From assembly GCF_002087085.1 (NCBI RefSeq), contig NZ_MWQY01000020.1:1-64000 (forward strand): a stretch of 64,000 nucleotides of DNA, in the 5' to 3' direction. Of this stretch, positions 10,041-18,707 are shown in pieces. The position numbers and the translations under genes are program-made. The stretch's first letter is position 1. Each line of letters opens with the position of its first letter. A model generated the notes under the pieces. That model saw only the letters and a list, made by a program, of their open reading frames with translations, was not told the origin of the DNA and searched no databases.

Positions 10041-10080
10041 ATGTATACGTATACATTATCACACATCTGCAATATGTCAA
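10041..10080 (-). promoter_or_regulatory. Sigma70 promoter with overlapping LacI-type operator copy 4 (10041-10056)
   Basis: Minus strand TTGACA-N16-TAATGT overlapping the perfect ATGTATACGTATACAT. Confidence 0.85.
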
Positions 10081-10222
10081 GGAAAAAAACGTGCAGAACA
10101 CCGCAGCTACCACTGTCAGCAAGGATCGAAACGTCATACTGGACGGACTTTTGCGCCAAAAAAAGCCCGCCGCCTGCTTTTCAGTCTGCCGGGGAGCTTT
10201 CGTATAGCCGGGTTTCAGCCGG

Positions 10223-11455
10223 CTACTTCACCACCACCCGGAAAAACCGCTTTTTTCCTGCCTTGAGCATCATCTCGCCGTCGACCGCCCGGGAGGCATT
10301 GACCACCTCGTCGATGCTCTCGACCTTCACGTCATTGATTCTCGCTCCCCCCTGCTGAACCAGTCTGCGTGCCTCACCGTTGGAGGAGCAGAGATCGGTG
10401 CGGGAAAAGAGCTCCAGCACGCCGATGCCCTTTTCCAGTTCCGAGGCGGATAGCTCGAGGCTCGGGATGGAGCTTTTGTCGCCGCTTCCGCCGAAGGCGG
10501 CTTTCGCGGCGGCCAGAGCTTTGTCCGCCTCCTCTTTGCCGTGGACCAGACTGGTGTACTCCCAGGCCAGGCGCTCCTTGGCGGCGTTCAGGGCGGCCCC
10601 TTCACCGGCACAGAGCTCCCGGATCTCCTCCAGCTCCATAAAGGTAAAGAGCTTCAGGAACTTCTCCACGTCCGCGTCGGCAACGTTGCGCCAGTACTGG
10701 AAGAAATCGTAGACCGAGAAAAGCCCTGAATCGAGAAAGACCGCGCCCTTCTCGGACTTGCCCATCTTCTGGCCGTCCGCCCGGGTAACCAGGGGAAAGG
10801 TCAGGCCGTAGGTCTCGGCCCCTTCCATACGCCGGATAAGGTCGATACCGGCCACGATGTTGCCCCACTGATCGTCCCCGCCGATCTGAAGCCGGCAGCC
10901 TTTGCGGCGGTAAAGCTCCAGGTAATCGTAGGACTGGAGCAGCTGGTAGTTGAACTCCACGAAGGAGAGCCCGGTCTCCAGCCGCTTTTTATAGGACTCG
11001 AAGGTCAGCATCCGGTTTACTGAAAACTGGCTGCCGATCTCCCGTAAAAAATCGATGTAGTTAAGGTCGGCGAGCCAGTCGGCATTGTTCACCAGCCAGC
11101 CGTTCTCCCCGTCCAGGGTAACGAAGTTGGTCAGCTGCCCTGCAACGCTCTTTACATTGGCTTCGATCTCCTCGTAACTGAGCATCTTCCGCATTTCCGT
11201 CTTCCCCGAGGGGTCGCCGATGCGGGCGGTGCCGCCGCCCACAAGGAGGACGGGCTTATGGCCCGCCCGCTGCAGGTGAGAGAGAGCGAAAATCGGAACC
11301 ATGTGCCCCACATGCAGGGAGGGCCCCGTGGGATCGACTCCCACGTAGAAAGCCACCGGTCCCTTGTCCATCAGGGAGCTCAGGGTCTGCAGATCGGTAC
11401 ACTGTTGAATGAATCCCCTTTCCTGGAGGATCTGCAAGGCAGGATTCAGGTTCAT
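10223..11455 (-). CDS. tyrS: Tyrosine--tRNA ligase
   Basis: YVGVDPTG..LHVGH, QIGGDDQWGNI, KMGKS and a C-terminal S4 domain. Confidence 0.98.
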   Translation of the reverse strand: MNLNPALQILQERGFIQQCTDLQTLSSLMDKGPVAFYVGVDPTGPSLHVGHMVPIFALSHLQRAGHKPVLLVGGGTARIGDPSGKTEMRKMLSYEEIEANVKSVAGQLTNFVTLDGENGWLVNNADWLADLNYIDFLREIGSQFSVNRMLTFESYKKRLETGLSFVEFNYQLLQSYDYLELYRRKGCRLQIGGDDQWGNIVAGIDLIRRMEGAETYGLTFPLVTRADGQKMGKSEKGAVFLDSGLFSVYDFFQYWRNVADADVEKFLKLFTFMELEEIRELCAGEGAALNAAKERLAWEYTSLVHGKEEADKALAAAKAAFGGSGDKSSIPSLELSASELEKGIGVLELFSRTDLCSSNGEARRLVQQGGARINDVKVESIDEVVNASRAVDGEMMLKAGKKRFFRVVVK

Positions 11456-12789
11456 ACGCGCTTGTACTCCTTGATCTCTTTCCGGATACGTGCGGCAAGC
11501 TCGCTCCGGTGGACCCGGACCTGCTCCATGGAGTCCCGGAAGCGCAGGGTAACCGTGCCGTCTTCCTTGGAGTCATAATCCACGGTAACGCAGTAGGGGG
11601 TGCCCCCTTCGTCCTGACGGCGATACCGCCGGCCGATAGCCCCGGACTGGTCGTAGAATACGTTGAAGTCCTCCCGCAGCTCCGCCTCGATTTCCCGGGC
11701 GAGTTCTGCAATGCCGTCCTTCTTGACCAGGGGAAGAATCGCAACGGTTATGGGCGCCACGGCGGGGTGAAAACGCATCACCGTTCGCAGATCCCCGTCT
11801 TCCAGCTGTTCCTCCTCGTAGGCGTCGGAGAGGACCATCAGAACCGAACGGGTAAGTCCGGCGGAGGTTTCGATTACATAGGGCACGTAGCGTTCACGGG
11901 TCTCCTCGTCCAGGTAGGTCTGGTCCTTTCCGGAGAACTCCTGGTGGCGGCCCAGATCGAAATCAGTCCGGTTATGAACCCCTTCCAGCTCCTGCCATCC
12001 CATGGGGAAGAGATACTCGATGTCGTAGGCGTCTTTGGCGTAGTGGGCCAGTTCATCCGGCCCGTGCTGGTGCCAGCGGAGCCGGTCGCCGCGGATACCC
12101 AGCTTTTCGTAGTAGCCCATCCGCCGTTCCCGCCAGTAGTTGAACCATTCGTCATCGCTGCCGGGTTTAACGAAATACTGCATCTCCATCTGCTCGAACT
12201 CGCAGGTACGGAAGATAAAGTTCTTGGTGACGATCTCGTTGCGGAAGGCCTTTCCCACCTGGGCGATACCGAAGGGAATCTTGACCCGGCTGGTCTGAAC
12301 AACATTGCGGAAGTTGACGAAGATTCCCTGGGCGGTCTCCGGCCGCAGATAAACAATGTTCTTGTCGTCCTTCACCGGGCCCAGATGAGTCTGGAACATC
12401 AGGTTGAACTGCCGGGGTTCGGTAAAGGTCCCGGAGTTGCCGCAGACGGGACAGGGAGCGGAGAGGTCGATGTGGTCCGCCCGGAAGCGGTTTTTGCATT
12501 CCTTACAGTCCACCAGGGGGTCGGAAAAGTTGGCCACGTGGCCGGAAGCCTCCCAGACCCGGGGGTGCATCATGATGGCGGCATCCAGTCCCACGATGTT
12601 TTCGTGGAGCTGGGTCATCTCCTTCCACCAGAAATTCTGAATATTCTTTTTGAGCTCCACACCCATGGGGCCGTAGTCCCAGGCAGATGAGAGGCCTCCA
12701 TAGATTTCGGAAGACTGAAATACAAAGCCCCGGCGTTTGCAGAGGGAAACGAGTTTGTCCATGGTTACTTCGGCGGTTTTTTCTGCCAT
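11452..12789 (-). CDS. glyQS: Glycine--tRNA ligase (homodimeric class IIa type)
   Basis: KRRGFVFQSSEIYGG, YLRPETAQGIF, FRNE, EFEQME, VIETSAG and an anticodon-binding domain (IGRRYRRQDE). Confidence 0.97.
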   Translation of the reverse strand: MAEKTAEVTMDKLVSLCKRRGFVFQSSEIYGGLSSAWDYGPMGVELKKNIQNFWWKEMTQLHENIVGLDAAIMMHPRVWEASGHVANFSDPLVDCKECKNRFRADHIDLSAPCPVCGNSGTFTEPRQFNLMFQTHLGPVKDDKNIVYLRPETAQGIFVNFRNVVQTSRVKIPFGIAQVGKAFRNEIVTKNFIFRTCEFEQMEMQYFVKPGSDDEWFNYWRERRMGYYEKLGIRGDRLRWHQHGPDELAHYAKDAYDIEYLFPMGWQELEGVHNRTDFDLGRHQEFSGKDQTYLDEETRERYVPYVIETSAGLTRSVLMVLSDAYEEEQLEDGDLRTVMRFHPAVAPITVAILPLVKKDGIAELAREIEAELREDFNVFYDQSGAIGRRYRRQDEGGTPYCVTVDYDSKEDGTVTLRFRDSMEQVRVHRSELAARIRKEIKEYKRV

Positions 12790-12830
12790 ACTGTGCTCCT
12801 GACGTAAAAAATATATGGATTTGCTAAGCC

Positions 12831-14306
12831 CTAGAGGCGTTCTTTCAATGCTGCTATCAGGCGGTCGATGCGCCTGAGGGACTCATCGGTTCCGATCAAT
12901 CGGCAACTTTCGATAAGCGGCGGCGATACGGTGCTTCCGGTCAATCCGACTCTTACCGGCCCCATCATGTCTCCCAGTTTGACTTCCAGCTTTTCCGCTC
13001 CGGCACGGAATTGCTCTTCCATCTCCTCATCCCCGAGGGAATCCAGGCGGGAGATGAGTTCCCGGCCGGCTTCCAGGACCTCGATGGTTCCGGCAAGGTC
13101 CAGCTTTTTGGGCACGGCGATCTCGGGATCCTCGGGCTCGACATCCTGAAAAAGGAAGCGGACCAGAGGACCGATCTCACCAAGGGTCTTAAGCCGCGGT
13201 TTGACCAGGGGAATAAAGTTGTCAATGATGCGCCGTTCATCCTCCGTGGGAGGATCGGAGACGATGCCGTCCCGAACCAGGAAGGGAATCAGGGCTTCCT
13301 TGAGTTCGCCGTCCTCCGTCTGCCGTATATACTGACCGTTGAACCAGGCGAGTTTCTTGTAGTCGAAGACCCCCGGAGCCTTGTTCAGCTTTTCCAGACT
13401 GAAGAGCTCTTCCAGCTCCTCCCGGGTAAAGAACTCCCTGGAGTCATCGTAGCTCCAGCCCAGCAGGGAGACATAGTTGACCAGAGCCTCCGGCAGGTAG
13501 CCTTCAGTGCGGAACTCCCGCACGCTGGTGGATCCGTGGCGTTTGGAGAGCTTCTGTCCGTCCTTGCCCATGACCATGGGAAGATGGCAGTACTTCGGGG
13601 GCTCCCATCCGAAGGCTTCGTATAACAGAACATGCAAAGGTCCAGAGGGGATCCACTCCTGGGCCCGGAGAATGTGGGTAATCTCCATCAGATGGTCGTC
13701 CACCACGTTGGCAAGGTGATAGGTGGGAAAACCGTCTCCTTTAAGGATGACAGGGTCGGGATTTATGTCCTTGTTTTTGCGGGTGATGGTCCCCATGATT
13801 TCGTCGGAGAAACTGGTGGAACCCTCCAGGGGAATCTTGAAACGGATTACCGGCTCCTGCCCCCGGGATTTCAGTTCCGCCGCCAGGCGCTTCTCCTCTT
13901 CGGAAGAGAGCTCCCGGCAGCGCCGGTCGTAACCGGTGGCTTTTTTCTGGCTCTTTCTGAGCTCCTCCAGTCGTTCGGCCGTGCAGTAGCAGCGGTAGGC
14001 GTGGCCGCTTTCAAGGAGTTTGTTCGCGTATTCCCGGTACAGGTCGAAGCGTTCGGACTGTACGTAAGGACCGAAGTCGCCCCCCACGTCGGGGCCTTCG
14101 TCCCATAGGATTCCCAGCCACTGAAAGGTATCGTACAGGTCCTGCAGGGCTTCGTCGGAATAACGGGTACGATCGGTGTCTTCTACCCGCAGGATGAAGC
14201 TGCCCCCCTGACTCCTTGCAAAGAAATAGTTGAACAAGGCGGTCCTGACCCCGCCTATATGCTGAAGGCCCGTCGGTGACGGGGCGTAGCGTACGCGCAC
14301 GCTCAT
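12831..14306 (-). CDS. gltX: Glutamate--tRNA ligase
   Basis: RYAPSPTG.QHIGG, RVEDTD, PTYHLA and KLSKR. Confidence 0.98.
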   Translation of the reverse strand: MSVRVRYAPSPTGLQHIGGVRTALFNYFFARSQGGSFILRVEDTDRTRYSDEALQDLYDTFQWLGILWDEGPDVGGDFGPYVQSERFDLYREYANKLLESGHAYRCYCTAERLEELRKSQKKATGYDRRCRELSSEEEKRLAAELKSRGQEPVIRFKIPLEGSTSFSDEIMGTITRKNKDINPDPVILKGDGFPTYHLANVVDDHLMEITHILRAQEWIPSGPLHVLLYEAFGWEPPKYCHLPMVMGKDGQKLSKRHGSTSVREFRTEGYLPEALVNYVSLLGWSYDDSREFFTREELEELFSLEKLNKAPGVFDYKKLAWFNGQYIRQTEDGELKEALIPFLVRDGIVSDPPTEDERRIIDNFIPLVKPRLKTLGEIGPLVRFLFQDVEPEDPEIAVPKKLDLAGTIEVLEAGRELISRLDSLGDEEMEEQFRAGAEKLEVKLGDMMGPVRVGLTGSTVSPPLIESCRLIGTDESLRRIDRLIAALKERL

Positions 14307-14401
14307 AATAATCCTCGTTAATCCTAGTTTTTTTCTAAGCGACTGGTGAGTGATTATAGCGGGGGCAAGCGGGTACCGTCAACGGGCCCGAACCGGGGGG
14401 A

Positions 14402-14710
14402 TCAGGGTATGTCCTGGCGGTAAAACTCGAGAGCCTCCTCCACCAGGGTCCGCCACTCTTCATCCAGGGAACCGGCAAAAAGCGGACGTCCGGCATGGCT
14501 GTACCAGTAGCGGGCGTTCCACTCCTCCCCTTCCCTGCGGTGGAGATAGGCGTGTACCGCGCTTCCCAGAACCGTGGGTGTGGACTGGGCTATGGAATGA
14601 GCAAAATCCCAGTCGCCTTTTTTATCCCACCACAGGGCCTTTAGGACCTGATCCGGGACGGAGTCGGGTGATGAGGCTTCAAGACTTGCCAGAAACTCGT
14701 TAAAGGTCAT
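14402..14710 (-). CDS. Conserved hypothetical protein
   Basis: Motif-like WDFAH..Q and HAYLHRREG..WNARYWY; fits the gene spacing. Confidence 0.75.
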   Translation of the reverse strand: MTFNEFLASLEASSPDSVPDQVLKALWWDKKGDWDFAHSIAQSTPTVLGSAVHAYLHRREGEEWNARYWYSHAGRPLFAGSLDEEWRTLVEEALEFYRQDIP

Positions 14711-14763
14711 ACTGCGTGTAAAATGTACATACAGACGGCCCCGGGGTCGAGATAAAAGGAGAA

Positions 14764-15147
14764 TTAGTTCAGGATGGCGGAATCCTTTTCAAACTGGCCG
14801 GTGGAGAGAAGAACCAGGGTGCAGGCTTCCATGTAGGGAATCCCTGCGGAATCCAGGGCCGCTTTCAGCTCCTCCGACTCGGTTCCCGGATTGAAGATGA
14901 CCCTCCCGGGGTTCAGCTTGACGATTGCATCTATCTCGCTTCCGATATGCCGGGGACCTACATAAAGGGTAAGGGTGTGGATCTTTTCCTTAACCTCGGA
15001 AAGAGAATTGTGGACCGGTACCCCCTCAATTTCTTTCAGGGTGGGATGCACGGGAACAACCTTGTAACCATGATTGCGAAGCATGTTGAGAGCCTTATAT
15101 GAGTATCGTTCCGGATTACGGCTTGCGCCGAGAATGGCAACCTGCAT
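14764..15147 (-). CDS. CoA-binding protein (YccU-like)
   Basis: VAILGAS.NPERYS, PVHP, FNPGTE and ACTLV. Confidence 0.9.
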   Translation of the reverse strand: MQVAILGASRNPERYSYKALNMLRNHGYKVVPVHPTLKEIEGVPVHNSLSEVKEKIHTLTLYVGPRHIGSEIDAIVKLNPGRVIFNPGTESEELKAALDSAGIPYMEACTLVLLSTGQFEKDSAILN

Positions 15148-15259
15148 GTGTTCCTCCAGTATATGCTTTATAATATATAATAATTATCGCAAAGACAAGC
15201 TCCGGCATTTTCCCGTCTTTTATTGACCGGAAGGTTTTTTCCTCCTATTGTGGTGAGCA

Positions 15260-16549
15260 ATGAGCACAACAGGTCTTGCACCCCGGGTAACCCAGAAAAG
15301 CATCTTCCTCGCATGGCTTCCCCTGGCGGCCATGTGGATTTTCATGGCTGTAGAGCAGCCCGGTATTGCCGCGATAATAGCACGAATGCCGGAGGTAAAA
15401 AAACAGCTTGCCATTTTCGGGGTGGTTTTTTCCTTTTCCCTGATAATAGAGAGCCCCATAATCCAGATGCTCTCTGCCGGGGCCGCCCTGGGAACAGACC
15501 GCAGCAATTACAAAAAACTGCTGCATTCCATGCACCTTATGGGTGTCGTGCTTACCCTGATACATGTTCTCGTGGGGGTAACTCCTCTTTTCGATTTCCT
15601 CATCCTGAAAGTTATCGGTATGCCAGAGGACTTTCTTGCCGACAGCCGGACGGCCTTTCTGTTCATGTCTCCCTTTACCGCCTCCGTGGGATACCGCAGG
15701 CTCTGGCAGGGGGTGCTCATCCGGCAGGGACAGTCCAGGGTAATCCCCGCTGTCATGCTGACCCGGCTGCTGACCTCCGCCTGCGTCCTTCTCCTGGGGA
15801 TGTTTTTCCGTTTCCTTCCCGGAGCCGCCGTCGGGAGCCTTGCCCTGACCCTGGGGGTCATAGTCGGAGCCCTGGGTTCCTATGCCTTCGTCCGCCGGGA
15901 GCTTCCCCGAATGCGCCGGGGGGAGGGGGATTTCTCCTATGTATCCCTTTTTCATTTTTATTATCCCCTGGCCCTCACCTCCTTTATTGATCTTGCCGCG
16001 CGGCCGATCCTTTCGGTGGGTGTTGCCCGGGCGGCCAGACCCATCGAGTCCCTGGCCATATGGCCGGTGGTGATGGGCTTCATGTTTCTGTTCAACTCCT
16101 TTGCAAAGTCCTACCAGGAGATTGTAATAACCCTGAACGACAAACCCGGTGGACAGCGGGAGCTGAAACGCTTTGCCCTCCGCATGGGTCTCACCGTTTT
16201 CATCTCCTTCCAGCTGGTGGTGTTCACCCCCTTGAGGGACCTCTGGTTCCGCTACGTCTCGGGGCTCGATGCGGAACTGATGGAACTTCTGCCCATGTCG
16301 GTATTATTCGCTTCCTTTGTCCCGGCAATCTTTTCCTCCATATCCTATAACCGGGGGGTTCTGATAACCAGTAAACGGACCGGTTTGGTCAGCCTGGGGG
16401 TGTTTATCAATTTTATATCCATGGTGACCTTCATGTTCACCCTGCTGCTTGTCCCGGGGATTACCGGTGCAACCCTGGCCGCCGCTTCATTCTTCGGTGC
16501 CATGGCGGTGGAAGCCGTCTTCCTGGCATGGAAAAGGAGCAGGGGATAG
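15260..16549 (+). CDS. MOP-superfamily (MATE/ANKH-like) membrane transporter
   Basis: About 12 hydrophobic segments with a two-fold internal repeat (WLPLA.. / YYPLA..). Confidence 0.7.
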   Translation: MSTTGLAPRVTQKSIFLAWLPLAAMWIFMAVEQPGIAAIIARMPEVKKQLAIFGVVFSFSLIIESPIIQMLSAGAALGTDRSNYKKLLHSMHLMGVVLTLIHVLVGVTPLFDFLILKVIGMPEDFLADSRTAFLFMSPFTASVGYRRLWQGVLIRQGQSRVIPAVMLTRLLTSACVLLLGMFFRFLPGAAVGSLALTLGVIVGALGSYAFVRRELPRMRRGEGDFSYVSLFHFYYPLALTSFIDLAARPILSVGVARAARPIESLAIWPVVMGFMFLFNSFAKSYQEIVITLNDKPGGQRELKRFALRMGLTVFISFQLVVFTPLRDLWFRYVSGLDAELMELLPMSVLFASFVPAIFSSISYNRGVLITSKRTGLVSLGVFINFISMVTFMFTLLLVPGITGATLAAASFFGAMAVEAVFLAWKRSRG

Positions 16550-16587
16550 CTTTTCCATGGCCCGGAAAATCTGCTATTCTTGAAACC

Positions 16588-17340
16588 ATGAGCAGTCATG
16601 AGCAATATATCCCCATCACTCAGGATTACAGCCCGGCCAGGGAATTTGCTAGGGGCGCCCGGGACACCATTCCCCTGCTTCTGGGGGCCCTGCCCTTCGG
16701 CATGATCTACGGGACCCTGGCGGTAACCGCGGGCTTGAGCAGAGCAGCTGCCATAGGCATGTCCGCCCTGGTTTTCGCAGGTTCCGCCCAGTTCATCGCC
16801 GTAGGTTTGATTGCCGCGGGAACTCCGGTACTGGTCATTATCGGAACGACTTTTATCGTAAACCTGCGTCACCTGCTCTACAGTACAACCCTGCTGCCCC
16901 ACCTGAAAAAGCTCCCCCTTTTCTGGCGCATGCCCCTGGCTTTCTGGCTGACCGACGAAACCTTCGCCGTGTCGGTCCATCGCTGGATGGCGGAGGACCC
17001 TTCCCCCAACAAGCACTGGTACCAGCTGGGATCATCCCTTGCCATGTACCTGAACTGGCAGTTCTGGTGCTTCATGGGCCTCGTCCTGGGCGAGAGTCTG
17101 CCCCGGGCCGCCGAATGGGGACTCGATGTAGCCATGCCGGTTACCTTTATAGGGATGACCATTCCCTTTGTAAAAAACCTGCCCATGCTGGTCTGTGTTT
17201 TGACCGCTTCTTTCTGTGCACTGGTCTTTAACGGGCTCCCCTACAAGGCAGGACTGATGATCGCCTGTACCCTGGGGATTCTTGCCGGGCTAATCAGTGA
17301 ACGGCTGCGCAGGACCGCGGGAAACGGAGGGCCGACATGA
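16588..17340 (+). CDS. azlC: AzlC family branched-chain amino acid exporter subunit
   Basis: [18 protein letters not shown] and LTDETFA. Confidence 0.9.
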   Translation: MSSHEQYIPITQDYSPAREFARGARDTIPLLLGALPFGMIYGTLAVTAGLSRAAAIGMSALVFAGSAQFIAVGLIAAGTPVLVIIGTTFIVNLRHLLYSTTLLPHLKKLPLFWRMPLAFWLTDETFAVSVHRWMAEDPSPNKHWYQLGSSLAMYLNWQFWCFMGLVLGESLPRAAEWGLDVAMPVTFIGMTIPFVKNLPMLVCVLTASFCALVFNGLPYKAGLMIACTLGILAGLISERLRRTAGNGGPT

Positions 17341-17666
17341 ATGGAACAGAGCTGAGCATCATCCTCGGCATGACCCTGGTCACCTTCGGTATTCGGGGGC
17401 TGGTTCTTCTCTTTTCAGGGAGAATCGAAATTTCCGGTCCCTGGGAGAGAGCCCTTGTCTTTGTTCCGCCGGCGGTGCTGAGCGCCATAATCGCTCCCTC
17501 GGTGCTGATGCCCCGGGGAAGCCTTGAACTCAGCTTCGGGAACTTCTACCTGATCAGCGGATGCGCCGCCCTGATGGCCGGAATCATTTTCCGCCGTTAT
17601 GCCCTGTGGGCGGCCATCGTTACGGGGCTTGCGGTCTTCGGGATCTACCGCTTTTTCTTGCTCTAG
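17337..17666 (+). CDS. azlD: AzlD family protein
   Basis: GM.LVTF.IR and [15 protein letters not shown] overlap with azlC. Confidence 0.88.
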   Translation: MNGTELSIILGMTLVTFGIRGLVLLFSGRIEISGPWERALVFVPPAVLSAIIAPSVLMPRGSLELSFGNFYLISGCAALMAGIIFRRYALWAAIVTGLAVFGIYRFFLL

Positions 17667-17696
17667 TCCTGAACCTGTTGTAGGGTATAGCAAACA

Positions 17697-18707
17697 GTGA
17701 GAGTCATCGACAGCATAGAAAACAGAGAGAAAACAGGCTTCCTGGGCTCCGCTCCGATTTTTTCCTCCCTGGGGGCGGAGGAACTGGATTTTATCGCCGA
17801 ACACTGTGCACTGTACGAGTTCGATGGCGGAGAGCTCATTTATGAGGCCGGTTCCAGACGGGCGGAACTTTTTGTTCTTGCCGAGGGAAAGGTCGGCATA
17901 TACCGTCACGCTGAGAATAAGGAAACAGACGAAGCCGTGGCCCGCTTTCTCCCCGGAGAATGCTTCGGGGAACTCGGTCTCCTGGCCGATGAGCCCCGGG
18001 AGGAACTCGCAAAAGCGGAGGAAAAATCCCGCATTCTTGTCTTTCCTCAGCGAAGCACGGACTTCCGGGAGATTCTTGCCGCCCGTCCCGCCCTTTCTTC
18101 CCGTCTGCTCCGTAAACTCATGGAGTCAACCGCTTCCAGGCTGCGCCAGGCCAACCGGCTCATCAAGCAGAACTCCCCATGGATACGGGAATTGCGGCGC
18201 CAGGTATATACCGATCCTCTGACGGGGCTTCCAAACCGGACCTACCTGGAGGAAAACCTGATCAGCTTTTTTTCCTCCCCTCCCTGCGCTCTGCTGATGT
18301 TCAAACCGGATAACTTTAAACAGATCAACGACAGCTTCGGGCACGAGGCCGGGGATGCGGCGATTCAAAAGATCGGCCGCTTTTTATCAGGAATAGCCCT
18401 GCCGGAGGAGAAGGTCGTACGTTTCATGGGTAACGAATACGCCCTGATCTGTCCCCAGACCGATATTGAAGAAGCCGTAGAACGCGCCAGAGAAATACAG
18501 GAACGCCAGGGGAACCTCAGCTACGAATACCAGGGTCGACCGAACGACCTCGTGGTTACCGTCAGTGCCGGCATCGCCGTCTATCCCAGGCACGGGGGAA
18601 GTGCCGCCGGGCTTATCGCCGAAGCCCACAGACTCGCCATGCGGGGCAGGACCCTGGGGGGGCGGCAGCTTCTGATCGCCTCCCCGGAAAACGGTGAAGC
18701 ACCATGA
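17697..18707 (+). CDS. cNMP-binding domain + degenerate GGDEF domain protein
   Basis: FGELGLL..EPR cNMP cassette, TDPLTGLPNR and FKQINDSFGHEAGD. The signature reads MGNEY. Confidence 0.9.
   Translation: MRVIDSIENREKTGFLGSAPIFSSLGAEELDFIAEHCALYEFDGGELIYEAGSRRAELFVLAEGKVGIYRHAENKETDEAVARFLPGECFGELGLLADEPREELAKAEEKSRILVFPQRSTDFREILAARPALSSRLLRKLMESTASRLRQANRLIKQNSPWIRELRRQVYTDPLTGLPNRTYLEENLISFFSSPPCALLMFKPDNFKQINDSFGHEAGDAAIQKIGRFLSGIALPEEKVVRFMGNEYALICPQTDIEEAVERAREIQERQGNLSYEYQGRPNDLVVTVSAGIAVYPRHGGSAAGLIAEAHRLAMRGRTLGGRQLLIASPENGEAP

Noticed and set aside
10081..10222. tRNA, T-box or att site at the island boundary
   Set aside because: No cloverleaf, T-box motif, integrase or direct repeat was recognised; only weak terminator-like hairpins.
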